64,000 nt of DNA from Bdellovibrionota bacterium (GTDB lineage Bacteria; Bdellovibrionota_G; JALEGL01; DATDPG01). Position 1 is the stretch's first letter; every line of letters begins with the position of its first letter. The notes below the pieces were generated by a model. The model was not told where the DNA came from, did no database searches, and saw only the letters and a list, made by a program, of their open reading frames with translations. The DNA is taken from NCBI GenBank assembly GCA_963668355.1, contig OY764265.1, forward strand, positions 1,600,001 to 1,664,000. The letters run 5' to 3'. Shown here one piece after another: positions 1 through 9,746 of this stretch. The position numbers and the translations under genes are program-made.

Positions 1-408
1 CCTTCGTATATCAAGGGATGAAAAGCGACCAACCATAAATCCGCAAAGAAAGACAAACATTAAAAATATAGGGCGAATCACTTCAAGCACTGACCTGACC
101 TGGCTGATATTTAAAGCCATGCTGATGGAAGTGCTAAGAGCCGCAAGCAAAAACAAGGAAAGAATAGCGTATGTCTTGGCTTGGGTAGCGGGAACTTGAG
201 AGTGGTCGATTGCAGAAAGGATCATGAAAGCCGAAGCCAGGCCGATGAGGGGGAAAAACAGAAACTGACTTCCTGAAACTGGAGGTCTTGGCATGAGTAC
301 CAATGTCCAAATCGGAAGAGTTATAAGCAAGCTCTTGATAGCGCGAACCACGAGAGGTGTTCCTGTAGTCTTGATTGAAGGGTGGATATCGTTTAAAAAG
401 CCTCGCAT
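1..408 (-). CDS. Partial polytopic membrane protein running off the left edge; possibly O-antigen polymerase/ligase (Wzy/WaaL-like)
   Basis: Not in the ORF track. Manual translation from ATG 408 is open to base 1 (MRGFLNDIHP...LLITLPIWTLVLMPRPP...FLFFPLIGLASAFMIL...IFLMFVFLCGFMVGR) with several hydrophobic segments; polysaccharide locus context. Start uncertain. Confidence 0.55.
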   Translation of the reverse strand, partial: MRGFLNDIHPSIKTTGTPLVVRAIKSLLITLPIWTLVLMPRPPVSGSQFLFFPLIGLASAFMILSAIDHSQVPATQAKTYAILSLFLLAALSTSISMALNISQVRSVLEVIRPIFLMFVFLCGFMVGRFSSLDIRR

Positions 409-1540
409 GGGTGCCAAGCCAGCTAAATTTTCCTTAAATACGTTAGTGATGGGGCCTACCCACTTCATTGATAAGTTGGCTTATCAGAATGAAGAGTTCA
501 AGGCACGCAGATTATCTGCCAAATACTTGGTAAATGATCCCAGTGGTAGATCAATAAGCAAAGCGTTGGAGTATGAGGCCGACGTCGAGAATTCTACTGG
601 ATCAGTTTTGACTCGCATTTGGAGGTACCTGCTAATTCTTCTTTTTGAGCGCCCAAAATTTGTAGAGCTGTACGATACGGGGAGACTAACTCTTGTTTAT
701 GCTGCCTTTGCAAGGTTGACAGGCAGAAGATTGGTTTTCTTTCTCAGGGGAATGGAGCTTTGGGGAAATGAGCGCGGTAGAAAAGTGTCGCCTTGGAGGA
801 TGTGGGGTCTCAAAGTTTCGCTTAAACTTGCAAAGCTAATTATCGTCAAAGAACTTAATATTTTGGAAGATTTAAAGCGGTTACGGTGGGTCCCCCAATC
901 AAAAATACGCTTTCTTGGAAATGCTGTTCCTGTAGTGAAGGGAAAAAGTGCTCGCTGGGAGGAACGCCCTATTGACGTCATATTCTTGAATACCATTAAA
1001 CCTTTTCGCAATGTTCCAATTCTACTCCAGGCGTTGGAACAAGCCTTTTGCTGGAAAGTAGATTTGAAAGTGTTGATTGCCGGGTTCTCGGTGTTTGAAA
1101 ACGAAATCCGGGGACGCTTTAAGGAAGAAGAGAATAAAGTCCTTCAAATGATGGATCGAATGGAAATGGGAGAAAGGATAGAGCTGAGAGGTTTTGTAAA
1201 TGACGGACGAAGTTTGCTGGCTAAGAGTAAGGTGTTTATATTGCCAGCGGATATCGTTTTTCCTAACTTTGCCCTGTTGGAGGCGATGTCCTTGGGTTGT
1301 GTTCCGATTGTTGGAGATGGAGAAGGTGCAAAGAATATTGTTGATCATGAATCCTCAGGTTTGGTGGTTTCTCGCACCGCCCAAGCTATTAGCCACGCTT
1401 TAATTAAGGTTCTCTCAGATTCACACGTTTGGCAGCAATACTCTTTAAATGCGAAGGCGAAAATCGAAAAGAATTTCAGCATATCTCAATGGGCCGACCA
1501 TCTGCTTTCAATTAGACGAGAAGTGTTCTCAGATGAGTGA
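293..1540 (+). CDS. Glycosyltransferase family 4 (GT-B); true start probably near 407-449
   Basis: C-terminal GT4 signature 'FPNFALLEAMSLGCVPIVGDGEGAKNIVDHESSGLVV'; the N-terminal ~40 aa overlap the minus-strand gene. Confidence 0.85.
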   Translation: MSTNVQIGRVISKLLIARTTRGVPVVLIEGWISFKKPRMGAKPAKFSLNTLVMGPTHFIDKLAYQNEEFKARRLSAKYLVNDPSGRSISKALEYEADVENSTGSVLTRIWRYLLILLFERPKFVELYDTGRLTLVYAAFARLTGRRLVFFLRGMELWGNERGRKVSPWRMWGLKVSLKLAKLIIVKELNILEDLKRLRWVPQSKIRFLGNAVPVVKGKSARWEERPIDVIFLNTIKPFRNVPILLQALEQAFCWKVDLKVLIAGFSVFENEIRGRFKEEENKVLQMMDRMEMGERIELRGFVNDGRSLLAKSKVFILPADIVFPNFALLEAMSLGCVPIVGDGEGAKNIVDHESSGLVVSRTAQAISHALIKVLSDSHVWQQYSLNAKAKIEKNFSISQWADHLLSIRREVFSDE

Positions 1541-1570
1541 CTGACTGTCTGGGACCTGATTTTTAAAAGG

Positions 1571-2626
1571 ATGAATAAGGATTTTTCGGGAGATATGATG
1601 AGCCAAGAGGAAGTCACATTTCGTGTTTTTGGAGAAGGCGATTTTGATCAGTACGAAAGTCTCTACAATGAAGTTTATCAAAGTGCTCTTGATCGTCTCT
1701 TTTTCAAGTGGAAGCATGATTTAAATCCATTTCACGTTGGTGTGCCTCTGATCTATTTGGCGTGTGTGCAAGGAAGAGTTGTTGGAGCCAACTCCTTCTT
1801 TCCTGTTAATTTTCAATACGAAGATCAAAGATTAAGTGCAGTTCAATCGGGAGATACAATGGTGCACCCAGACTTTCGGGGAAGGAAACTTTTTCTAAAG
1901 ATTTTGGATTTTGCATGCAAGGACCTAGCACAAAGAGGATACGCGGGTATCTTTGGTTTTGCGAATAACCAGTCCCATCGAGGTTTCGAAAAAGCAGGGT
2001 TTGATACGTTAGATTCTATTACAAGTCATCGAGCAATTGTTCGAACTAAAAACTTTTTGAAAAAAAAACATCCTTTTTTAGGCTTTGTCGGGGCGGCCAT
2101 AGATCAGATGTGTTGCTTTCGGATGCCAGGCCACTCCGGACAGGTTAGGGAGTTAAAAATTCCAGAACAGTTGAAGGGCTGGCCTGTTTTAGAGGAGTCA
2201 GGCGTAATTGTACTGGAAAAAAATTATTCCTACTTCAATTGGAAATATGCTCAGAAACCCAGAGGAAACTTTCGTGGCTTCGAGGTTTGCATGGGTGTAG
2301 GAGAAGTGTTTCAGTTTGTGGTAAAAACTGAGTTTGTGGATTCCGTTTTAAAGGCAACGGTCTTGGATTATACGGGGACTTCGATTTCTAGCTTAGGGTT
2401 AGCCTTCAAAAAGCTTAAGCACTTTTTGGCAAAAAAAGTAGGTGTTGACGTGGTTGTTTCATGGCAAATGGGAAACCAGGAATGGGAAAAGGTCCTTGAC
2501 TGCTCTCCAGGTTTTCATTTGAAATCATCGCTTTTTTTTGTGGTCAAGTCCTTGCGACCTGCGAACAGTTTTTTTCAGAAAAAAGAGTCGTGGCGCCTTG
2601 TGTGTGGGGATGCAGACACCGCATAG
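1571..2626 (+). CDS. GNAT-family N-acyltransferase (polysaccharide-locus type)
   Basis: Acetyl-CoA motif A 'DTMVHPDFRGRKLF', plus 'GFANNQSHRGFEKAGF' and a C-terminal 'GDADT'. Confidence 0.8.
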   Translation: MNKDFSGDMMSQEEVTFRVFGEGDFDQYESLYNEVYQSALDRLFFKWKHDLNPFHVGVPLIYLACVQGRVVGANSFFPVNFQYEDQRLSAVQSGDTMVHPDFRGRKLFLKILDFACKDLAQRGYAGIFGFANNQSHRGFEKAGFDTLDSITSHRAIVRTKNFLKKKHPFLGFVGAAIDQMCCFRMPGHSGQVRELKIPEQLKGWPVLEESGVIVLEKNYSYFNWKYAQKPRGNFRGFEVCMGVGEVFQFVVKTEFVDSVLKATVLDYTGTSISSLGLAFKKLKHFLAKKVGVDVVVSWQMGNQEWEKVLDCSPGFHLKSSLFFVVKSLRPANSFFQKKESWRLVCGDADTA

Positions 2627-3629
2627 TCAAAGAACTTCGGTGTTCCGAGCTGTAAAGTGGAGAGTCCGCCTCGTATTGAAGTGGCTGAGCGACAGCTCCG
2701 TATGTTGTCACCTGTCTAAGATTTTGTTTCGCATACTTTTTCGTCTGCTTGGCGAAGAAATCCGAACTGCAATCCCCGTAAGTAGTTTGAAAGGGAATCG
2801 AGTGTTAATTCTAGCTCCCCACATCGATGACGAGGTGATTGGTTGTTTCGGGGCAATGAAGTCCTATTTAGATAGAGGAAGACCAGTCTGGATCGCCTAC
2901 TTAACGAGGTCTCAGAAAAAAGGGTCTAAACGGACGGAGGAGCATGTAGCGTTAGAAAGGAAACAAGAGGCGAAAGAAGTCGCTGAAGCACTAGGCATTG
3001 CGACGGACAATCTATATTTCCTCGAAGGAGAAGATGGAAATTTAGCCGGTTCAGAGGTGAGTGCAGATTTGCGAAAGGTTGTGGAGAAAGTGCAACCAGA
3101 TACAATCTTTCTTCCATGTCCTCTTGATAGTCATAGGGATCATCGGGCTGTTACCCAGCATCTCCTTCGAGCATTAGATCGAATGGACAGCTCTCATGTA
3201 CAGCTCTTAATCTATGAGTCACAAAGTCCGATCACCATTTTTTACGGAAATGTCCTTCTGGATATTTCGAGTCTGGTCGGTGAAAAGCAGAAAATACTTA
3301 AACTTTTTAAGTCACAGAAGAATTCGTTTTCTTTCTCTAGACATTTAAATGAAATTGAGGGGCTTCTTTATAAAAAGTCATGCGAATTGTTCTTACGGTC
3401 GAGTGTCGAGGAACTTAGGGCGTTCCACCAAAAAATGGAACGAGATCGAAAATTGGTTGAGAATGCCAGTTCTTTTCCGATTCCCTGCGGGACGGTTTGT
3501 GGATCGTTTTGGAGTTACTTGTCGAGCTATCGGGTAAAAAGTCAGTTGACGATGCTAGGTCAATCTGAGCAAGATGGATGCGTTTGTGAGGATGGTTACA
3601 AGAAGACGGATGTTGAGAGGTCAAGCTAA
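2610..3629 (+). CDS. PIG-L/LmbE family deacetylase
   Basis: 'APHIDDE' and 'DSHRDH' metal-binding motifs; start uncertain (ATG 2610 chosen). Confidence 0.85.
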   Translation: MQTPHSQRTSVFRAVKWRVRLVLKWLSDSSVCCHLSKILFRILFRLLGEEIRTAIPVSSLKGNRVLILAPHIDDEVIGCFGAMKSYLDRGRPVWIAYLTRSQKKGSKRTEEHVALERKQEAKEVAEALGIATDNLYFLEGEDGNLAGSEVSADLRKVVEKVQPDTIFLPCPLDSHRDHRAVTQHLLRALDRMDSSHVQLLIYESQSPITIFYGNVLLDISSLVGEKQKILKLFKSQKNSFSFSRHLNEIEGLLYKKSCELFLRSSVEELRAFHQKMERDRKLVENASSFPIPCGTVCGSFWSYLSSYRVKSQLTMLGQSEQDGCVCEDGYKKTDVERSS

Positions 3630-5396
3630 ATGCCAGCTATTTTTGGTGCCGTAAATTTTAGGAAACGCTTAGAAGTGTCAGCCCTTCCAACAATTGGTTG
3701 GGCAACCGCCCGAGAAAGTATCGAACACGATAGGGTGCAGTTCTTTAGGGAAACCAACGGGAAGTTTCTCAAACAAAAGATTTTTTTTAATAGCGAAAAG
3801 AGAGCTCTGATGCTCGATGGTGTGATAACCAACGCTTCACAGTTAATAAGGAAGTATTCGGCTTGCGGATTTGATGATTTGATCGATCGGCTAATCTCAC
3901 TTCATGGTGAGACATTCTTTACATTGTTCCGTGGCAGTTTTGTGGGAGCACTCACGGAGCACGAGAAAGGCGTTACAACCTTTTTTGTTGATCCTCTCTC
4001 TACGATTCCAATGTTTTATTTTCAAGAACATGGACAAGTAGTTTTTTCTTCACGATTGGCTTATGTGTCTTCTGCTCTTAGGGAAATGGAACACAGGTCT
4101 TCGATCGATATTCAATCTGCTTATTATCTTCTGACGTACGGATTTATGCTCAGAAATTCCACTCTTTTAACAGACGTAAAAAAACTGCCTGCTGGTTGTT
4201 ATGGAAAAGTAAATGGAGAAAGTTTGGAAATTGTGCGCTATCACAAATTCGGAGGGCGATCATTTCGTTCCGAAAACGAGACTAGTTTGATCGAGGAGGC
4301 CGACGAGTTGTTTTCGCAGGCAGTTAGGAATCAATTTCAGACAAATGAAGATCAGGGTTATTGGCATCTGACGACGCTTAGCGGAGGCCTGGATTCAAGA
4401 ATGACGTTGGTAACTGCGCACGATTTGGGTTTCCAGACGGGTACGTGCATTACGTTTTCAGAAAATGACTACTTAGATGAAAAATTGGCTAAGCAGATAG
4501 CTTCGGACTTAGGATTAGAATTTCTTTTCTATTCGATGAATGGGGGTGGTTATCTGATCGATCATTGGGCACCTGCATTAACTAATGATGCGTTAATAAC
4601 TTATGCGGGGGCTGCGCACGTTCTTGCCGCTCTGAGGTGCGTCAGTTCGGTGCCCTTCGGCATGATTCACATGGGCACATTGGGGGATGCGATTTTGGGG
4701 ACATATATTGCAGATCCCGAAGGTGACAGGGTGCAACCACTTCGAGGAGCACGTTCGAAACGTTTTGTCGACTACCTAACGCAGGATCTAAATTCGCTAT
4801 CACAAGAGTATGAATCGAACGAGATTTTTAAGCTTTATAATCGAGGAGTTAATGGGATTATGAATGGGAATTGGTCAGCGCGGGAGTTTTTTGAACCCGT
4901 GTCGCCGTTCCTTGATCAAGAGTTTGTTGAATTTTGCTTGCAAGTTCCAAGGGAACTTCGGTTTCGACATAAGTTCTATATTGATTGGATTCGAAGGAAA
5001 CATCCCATTGCGGCACGATATCGTTGGGAAAGAACGGGGCTGTCAATCCGCCATTATTTACGTTGGGAGAAAGCGAGTCGGGCGGTACTAAAAATAAAAA
5101 GGGAATTGTTGGGGAAAAGACTCTATTCGATGAATCCATTTGAGTATTGGTATAGGAATAACGTTCAGTTACGTACGGCTCTGAACTCTTCTGTCCACAA
5201 GGATCGAGCTCTAGGGTTGAAGGATTCGCATTTAAGAGTCGATGTTTTAGAAGTTCTAGAAAATGGGAATCTACTGGAAAAAGCACAAGCGATCACCCTC
5301 TTGAATGGGATTGATCTTCATCTCCATGGACGGGTTGAGTGGAAGGAAGAAGCTAATCTAGTCCAGAAACCGCTTGTTGGAGGGGGAGGGAGATAA
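3630..5396 (+). CDS. Asparagine synthase-related ATP-dependent amidotransferase/amide ligase
   Basis: PP-loop 'LSGGLDSR', 'SPFLDQEFVEF'; Ntn-like N-terminal region lacking the N-terminal Cys. Confidence 0.85.
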   Translation: MPAIFGAVNFRKRLEVSALPTIGWATARESIEHDRVQFFRETNGKFLKQKIFFNSEKRALMLDGVITNASQLIRKYSACGFDDLIDRLISLHGETFFTLFRGSFVGALTEHEKGVTTFFVDPLSTIPMFYFQEHGQVVFSSRLAYVSSALREMEHRSSIDIQSAYYLLTYGFMLRNSTLLTDVKKLPAGCYGKVNGESLEIVRYHKFGGRSFRSENETSLIEEADELFSQAVRNQFQTNEDQGYWHLTTLSGGLDSRMTLVTAHDLGFQTGTCITFSENDYLDEKLAKQIASDLGLEFLFYSMNGGGYLIDHWAPALTNDALITYAGAAHVLAALRCVSSVPFGMIHMGTLGDAILGTYIADPEGDRVQPLRGARSKRFVDYLTQDLNSLSQEYESNEIFKLYNRGVNGIMNGNWSAREFFEPVSPFLDQEFVEFCLQVPRELRFRHKFYIDWIRRKHPIAARYRWERTGLSIRHYLRWEKASRAVLKIKRELLGKRLYSMNPFEYWYRNNVQLRTALNSSVHKDRALGLKDSHLRVDVLEVLENGNLLEKAQAITLLNGIDLHLHGRVEWKEEANLVQKPLVGGGGR

Positions 5397-5521
5397 AAAC
5401 GGTCGAGCACTTGCTTTGGGGAATTTCTGAAAACTGACGTCGAGAGGCAAACCTGATATTCCTTCGCTTTTGTGCCTGGTGGAAAAAGGGGTAAGAGATT
5501 GGGTCAAGAGAGGAAGATCAG

Positions 5522-7012
5522 ATGAAGAGCGGAGGGTTTCTGCGAGATGTGGCGAAAGTCACATTCGGGATCGTCTTTGGTCACGGTCTGACGATTCTTG
5601 TTGCGCCAATTCTCACGAGACTCTATGCCCCGGAAGCCTTTGGAGTAGCCGCAGTTTTTGTCTCGGTTGCGACAATAGTCAGCGTCGTTTCCTGTCTGAA
5701 ATATGAGCTAGCTATCATGCTTCCGAAAGAAGAAAAGGAAGCCGCAGACCTTCTGGGATTAAGTGTGGTTGCTACCTTCTTGGTGACATTGCTTACCATT
5801 GTGGGGGTCTGGTGTTGTGGAGCCCCCCTGGTACAGCATTTTAAAATTCCGGAACTCCTTCCTTATCTTCATTGGATCCCTCTTCTAGTCTTTTCTCGGG
5901 GTCTCTTTCTGTGTTTGAACCATTGGACTCTCCGAAAGAAACGTTTTAAACAACTGTCCTTATCGGACATCTCAGCTTCTTCGGCTACGGCCGGTCTCCG
6001 GGTTGGACTCGGGTGGGTTGGAATCGCAACCTCAGGAAGTCTGATTTCTGCAGTTATTGTGGGTCGCTTAATCAGTGTCTTGGTCCTCGTAGGTCGATTT
6101 TTTAGGGAGGATTTGCGAAACATCATTCATTCCATAAGTCTAGTTGGAATGTGGAGAGGGTGTGTTCGATATAGAAAGTTTCCTTTGTTGAGTTCTTGGT
6201 CAATGGTTTTTATGACCATGTCCTTGGAAATTCCAGTTCTGCTGTTAGGTACGTTTTTCTCTCCGGAGGTTGTTGGCTTTTATGCCCTTGGGAGGAGGAC
6301 TCTCCAGGTTCCAATTTCTTTGGTTTCTTCGACGATTTCGAAGGTTTTTTTTCAGCGGACTGCGGCAACCCGTGGTCAAGCAATGCTCCCAAAAATTGTT
6401 GAAAAGGCTGCCTTGAAATTGGTTGCCTTGGGGGCTGCTCCACTTTTACTTTTTCAACTTTTAGGACCGGAGATTTTTGGTGTCGCATTTGGTAAGGAAT
6501 GGATCGAGGCTGGAAATATTGTACAGTTTTTGACTCCCTGGTTTTTTATGGTTTTTGTGGGTTCTCCCATTAGCATTCTCGCCGTGGTTCTGGAGAAACA
6601 GGAATTCGCGCTCCTTTTGAACTTCTTGCTGTTGATGACTCGTGTGGCCTCTTTGGTGATAGGAGGGGTGAACGACAATCTAAACCTGTCGTTGATTTTG
6701 TTTTCCGGTTCAGGATTTTTTCTCATCGGTCTATTTTTGCTTTTTCTTTTAAAGGAAGCCGGAGTGAGTTTGTCATACTTTGTCAGTGTTTCGCTTAGAA
6801 CACTGTCGGTCGCATGTGCTTTTGTTTTTCCCCTATTTTTTCTAAAAAGACTCTCCTGGGTTGACCCAAAATGGTTAGTGATTCTTGGCCTGGTAGTATG
6901 TATTCTCTACTACTTGAGACTCTTCTTGACGGATTCAGATCTTCGTAGCCTTTTTGAACAGCTTTTATCTGAGAGGAAGGGGCGAGGCAACCGACAAAAG
7001 GAGGGTGGATGA
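5522..7012 (+). CDS. wzx: Oligosaccharide flippase (Wzx, MOP family)
   Basis: About 12-14 hydrophobic segments; 'PILTRLYAPEAFG', 'YRKFPL', 'VGFYALG'. Confidence 0.85.
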   Translation: MKSGGFLRDVAKVTFGIVFGHGLTILVAPILTRLYAPEAFGVAAVFVSVATIVSVVSCLKYELAIMLPKEEKEAADLLGLSVVATFLVTLLTIVGVWCCGAPLVQHFKIPELLPYLHWIPLLVFSRGLFLCLNHWTLRKKRFKQLSLSDISASSATAGLRVGLGWVGIATSGSLISAVIVGRLISVLVLVGRFFREDLRNIIHSISLVGMWRGCVRYRKFPLLSSWSMVFMTMSLEIPVLLLGTFFSPEVVGFYALGRRTLQVPISLVSSTISKVFFQRTAATRGQAMLPKIVEKAALKLVALGAAPLLLFQLLGPEIFGVAFGKEWIEAGNIVQFLTPWFFMVFVGSPISILAVVLEKQEFALLLNFLLLMTRVASLVIGGVNDNLNLSLILFSGSGFFLIGLFLLFLLKEAGVSLSYFVSVSLRTLSVACAFVFPLFFLKRLSWVDPKWLVILGLVVCILYYLRLFLTDSDLRSLFEQLLSERKGRGNRQKEGG

Positions 7013-8196
7013 AGATCCTTTTGGTTCCTTCCTGGTATCCTCAAAACTCATCCGACATGAGTGGAAGTTTTTTCCGAACTCAGGCGATGGCGTTGGCTGA
7101 AGAAGGACATGAGGTAACGGTTTTTGCGATTCATCTTGTTCCAATCTATAAATGCATCAAAATGGGTTTTCGTCCATTGCGTATCCATAAAGAGGAAGAT
7201 GGCAAAGTCTCAACATGGCGGGTGGTCTCAATTAATTTTTTTCCTGGGATTCTTTTTCTTTCACTTTGGTGGCGAAAACGAATCTTTCTTCATCTTTACC
7301 GGAAGTATATTGAGGAAGGCGGGGCGCCCGACATTATTCATGCCCATGCGGCACTCTGGGGCGGGTGGTTGATCACACGGAGTGGAAATTTTAAAGAAGA
7401 TCCCCCTGCATTAGTGGTGACCGAACATACGAGCGGTTATGCTCAGGGGCGTATTCGAAACCGCCAGTGTGAGATGGCGCGAGAGGTTTATGAAAAAGTA
7501 GATTCGGTGATTTTTGTTTCCGAAGTACTCCGTGGAGATGTGGAAAAGGCGACGGGTGCCGATTTGAGCGCCGCTCACATTGTTCCCAACCCGGTGGCGA
7601 AACAATTTTTTGAGAATGTTAGAAGTGCGAAAACCCAAGGGGGCGATGCCTCACCAATCTTTGTAAATGTTGCGGGCCTTACTTCAATCAAAAACCAACA
7701 GATGCTGATTAATGCGTTCTGTGAAGTTCAGAGGGAGTTTCCTCTCGCTCGATTATGGTTGGTGGGTGATGGCCCAGAAAAAAAGGCTCTTATCCAGACG
7801 GCAAGAAAAATGGGCGTCGAGTCTTCTGTGGTATTTTTCGGGAAAAAAGCAGCGGATGAAATCCCCTCTCTTTTAAGAAAAGCGGATGTGTATGTGCTGT
7901 CCAGTAATTATGAAAGTTTTGGAGTAGCGGCAGTGGAAGCGTTGTCTAGTGGACTCCCGGTTGTTGCAACTCGTTGTGGGGGGCCTCAGGAGATTGTTTG
8001 GAAAGAGGATGGTGCTTTAGTGGCGGTGGGGGACCAACGAGCACTCGCTCGCCAAATGCTTTTCATTGCCAAGAATTTGGAAAAATTTGATCCAAAAGTT
8101 ATTTCTAGGAGAGCATTTGGACGTTTTTCCTCTTGTAAAATCATGAAAAGACTTAAAGAAATTTATCTTGAGTGTCGAGGGCCGCTGTCACGATAA
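7009..8196 (+). CDS. Glycosyltransferase family 4
   Basis: 'MKILLVPSWYP', 'DIIHAH', 'ESFGVAAVEALSSGLPVVATRCGGPQEIV'. Confidence 0.9.
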   Translation: MKILLVPSWYPQNSSDMSGSFFRTQAMALAEEGHEVTVFAIHLVPIYKCIKMGFRPLRIHKEEDGKVSTWRVVSINFFPGILFLSLWWRKRIFLHLYRKYIEEGGAPDIIHAHAALWGGWLITRSGNFKEDPPALVVTEHTSGYAQGRIRNRQCEMAREVYEKVDSVIFVSEVLRGDVEKATGADLSAAHIVPNPVAKQFFENVRSAKTQGGDASPIFVNVAGLTSIKNQQMLINAFCEVQREFPLARLWLVGDGPEKKALIQTARKMGVESSVVFFGKKAADEIPSLLRKADVYVLSSNYESFGVAAVEALSSGLPVVATRCGGPQEIVWKEDGALVAVGDQRALARQMLFIAKNLEKFDPKVISRRAFGRFSSCKIMKRLKEIYLECRGPLSR

Positions 8197-8252
8197 TTTC
8201 CCCAAATGGAAACGGCCAAACCAAAGCTTAACCACCAACGTTGATTTGGGAT

Positions 8253-9473
8253 TCATCCTTTTTCGTTTAGCAAAACAGGATCTTGTAATAGCGGGGCGAG
8301 AGCTTGATACTGCCTACGAAGCAATAAGGCCAATATCGAAAAAACGAAACCTGCAAACATACCGATAATGGTAAGCAACTTCTTTTTCGGAAAAGAAGGA
8401 ATAACCGGAACGTAAGGTGGGTCAATTACTTGAAAAATGGGTTCCTCTTTTTTTGCTTCAATCTGGACTAACTCCAGCTGCTCACGAAGCAAGTTGACCA
8501 ATTGAACTTGAGATAGATAGATTCTTTCTGCTTCGGCAAATTCCTTTGCGAGCTTTGGGGCTTTGCTAAGAGGCGTGAATATTTCCACTTCGGAAGAGTC
8601 TGATTTTTGATCTTCACCTGCAATTATTTTGTTGAGCTGCTCCTTTATCTGCTTTCTTTCGGTGACAAGCCGATCTAAATCATTCTTGCTTCGCATAACA
8701 TCCTGGAAAGTGGCGATTTCTAAGTCTTTATCAACTAGCCGTTTTCTTAGATCCGAAGCAGTTCCCAAAGAGTATTGCAATTGTGTAGGAAGCTCTACCA
8801 CCCCTTTCTTAGTCTGAAGTTCGATGTATCGATTCTGTGTCTCCTCTAATTTTCTTTCCATTTCTTCAAGACGAGCGGCAATGAATCCTGCCGTATTTTT
8901 TGCCTGACTTATGTGACTGGTCTGAAGAAATGTTTTTAGCGCATCTAAAAATGATTGGACTACGGAGGCAGCCTTCTCGGGAAGAGGATGCTCGAATTGA
9001 ATTCGGATGACTTCGCCGTCCATGGTGATGTCGATGCCCCTTTGTAAAAGAATAACTTCCTTTTCGAATTTTCGAGGCGAAAGCAAATTCCCCTTGTCAT
9101 CCACCAGGAAACCTTCTTTTTGAGCAACAGTTTGGGCAATTTGCCTACTCTTAAGGACTTCGCGAAAACGGATCATTTGTTGCGCGCTGGAACCGATGTT
9201 CAATAACTCGCCAAGTTGAAGGTCTCCGCTTCCAAGGCTGAGGCCCCCGGCCGGGGAGCTTTTTTGAATGGGCATGATAACTGCTGTTGCTTCATAGCGA
9301 GTCGTGAGAAATAAAAGTGAAATCATGGCTGTGAAGAGTGCGGTGCCCAGTGCGCAACCTAAAACAAACCTGCGATTGAACCAAAGGAGTCTAATCAATG
9401 CCAGAGTCTCATTGGAGTTCGACTCGCCTGCCGATTGTTCATTGAATTGAGCATTTTTTTCCGAATCTTCCAT
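8253..9473 (-). CDS. wzz: Polysaccharide co-polymerase / chain-length determinant (Wzz/GumC-like)
   Basis: N- and C-terminal TM helices flank a coiled-coil; Pro-rich 'QVIDPPYVPVIPSFPKKKL' precedes the last TM; no kinase domain. Confidence 0.8.
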   Translation of the reverse strand: MEDSEKNAQFNEQSAGESNSNETLALIRLLWFNRRFVLGCALGTALFTAMISLLFLTTRYEATAVIMPIQKSSPAGGLSLGSGDLQLGELLNIGSSAQQMIRFREVLKSRQIAQTVAQKEGFLVDDKGNLLSPRKFEKEVILLQRGIDITMDGEVIRIQFEHPLPEKAASVVQSFLDALKTFLQTSHISQAKNTAGFIAARLEEMERKLEETQNRYIELQTKKGVVELPTQLQYSLGTASDLRKRLVDKDLEIATFQDVMRSKNDLDRLVTERKQIKEQLNKIIAGEDQKSDSSEVEIFTPLSKAPKLAKEFAEAERIYLSQVQLVNLLREQLELVQIEAKKEEPIFQVIDPPYVPVIPSFPKKKLLTIIGMFAGFVFSILALLLRRQYQALAPLLQDPVLLNEKG

Positions 9474-9726
9474 AAGCGCTTTCGTTAGTACTTTACTTCA
9501 AGGAGCTTTTCAAATCTCTTGTTCATTTGGAGGCGTTCGAGGAAGGAGCGATTCTAGCGGCATCAGGGCTAATAATTATTCAAAAGGGATGAATCAATCC
9601 TTGGAGTCCGATTCCGTGGGCCGGTCTCTGTTGGTGGTAGCCGAGTAGGGCAATATGTTGCGGGGGGCACCTCGCCGAGGAGGTGTCTTTCAATAGGCTT
9701 GCAGTAAATTGATATATGAGAGTGAT

Positions 9727-9735
9727 TGGTATAGT
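9727..9735 (+). promoter_or_regulatory. Extended -10 sigma70-type promoter candidate
   Basis: TGgTATAGT 11 nt upstream of ATG 9747. Confidence 0.35.
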
Positions 9736-9746
9736 AGGATACGAAA

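Noticed and set aside
9633..9690. ops/JUMPStart element (GGTGGTAG) and adjacent hairpin
   Set aside because: One mismatch in an 8-mer, no JUMPStart context, and it lies upstream of the likelier promoter; too weak to call.
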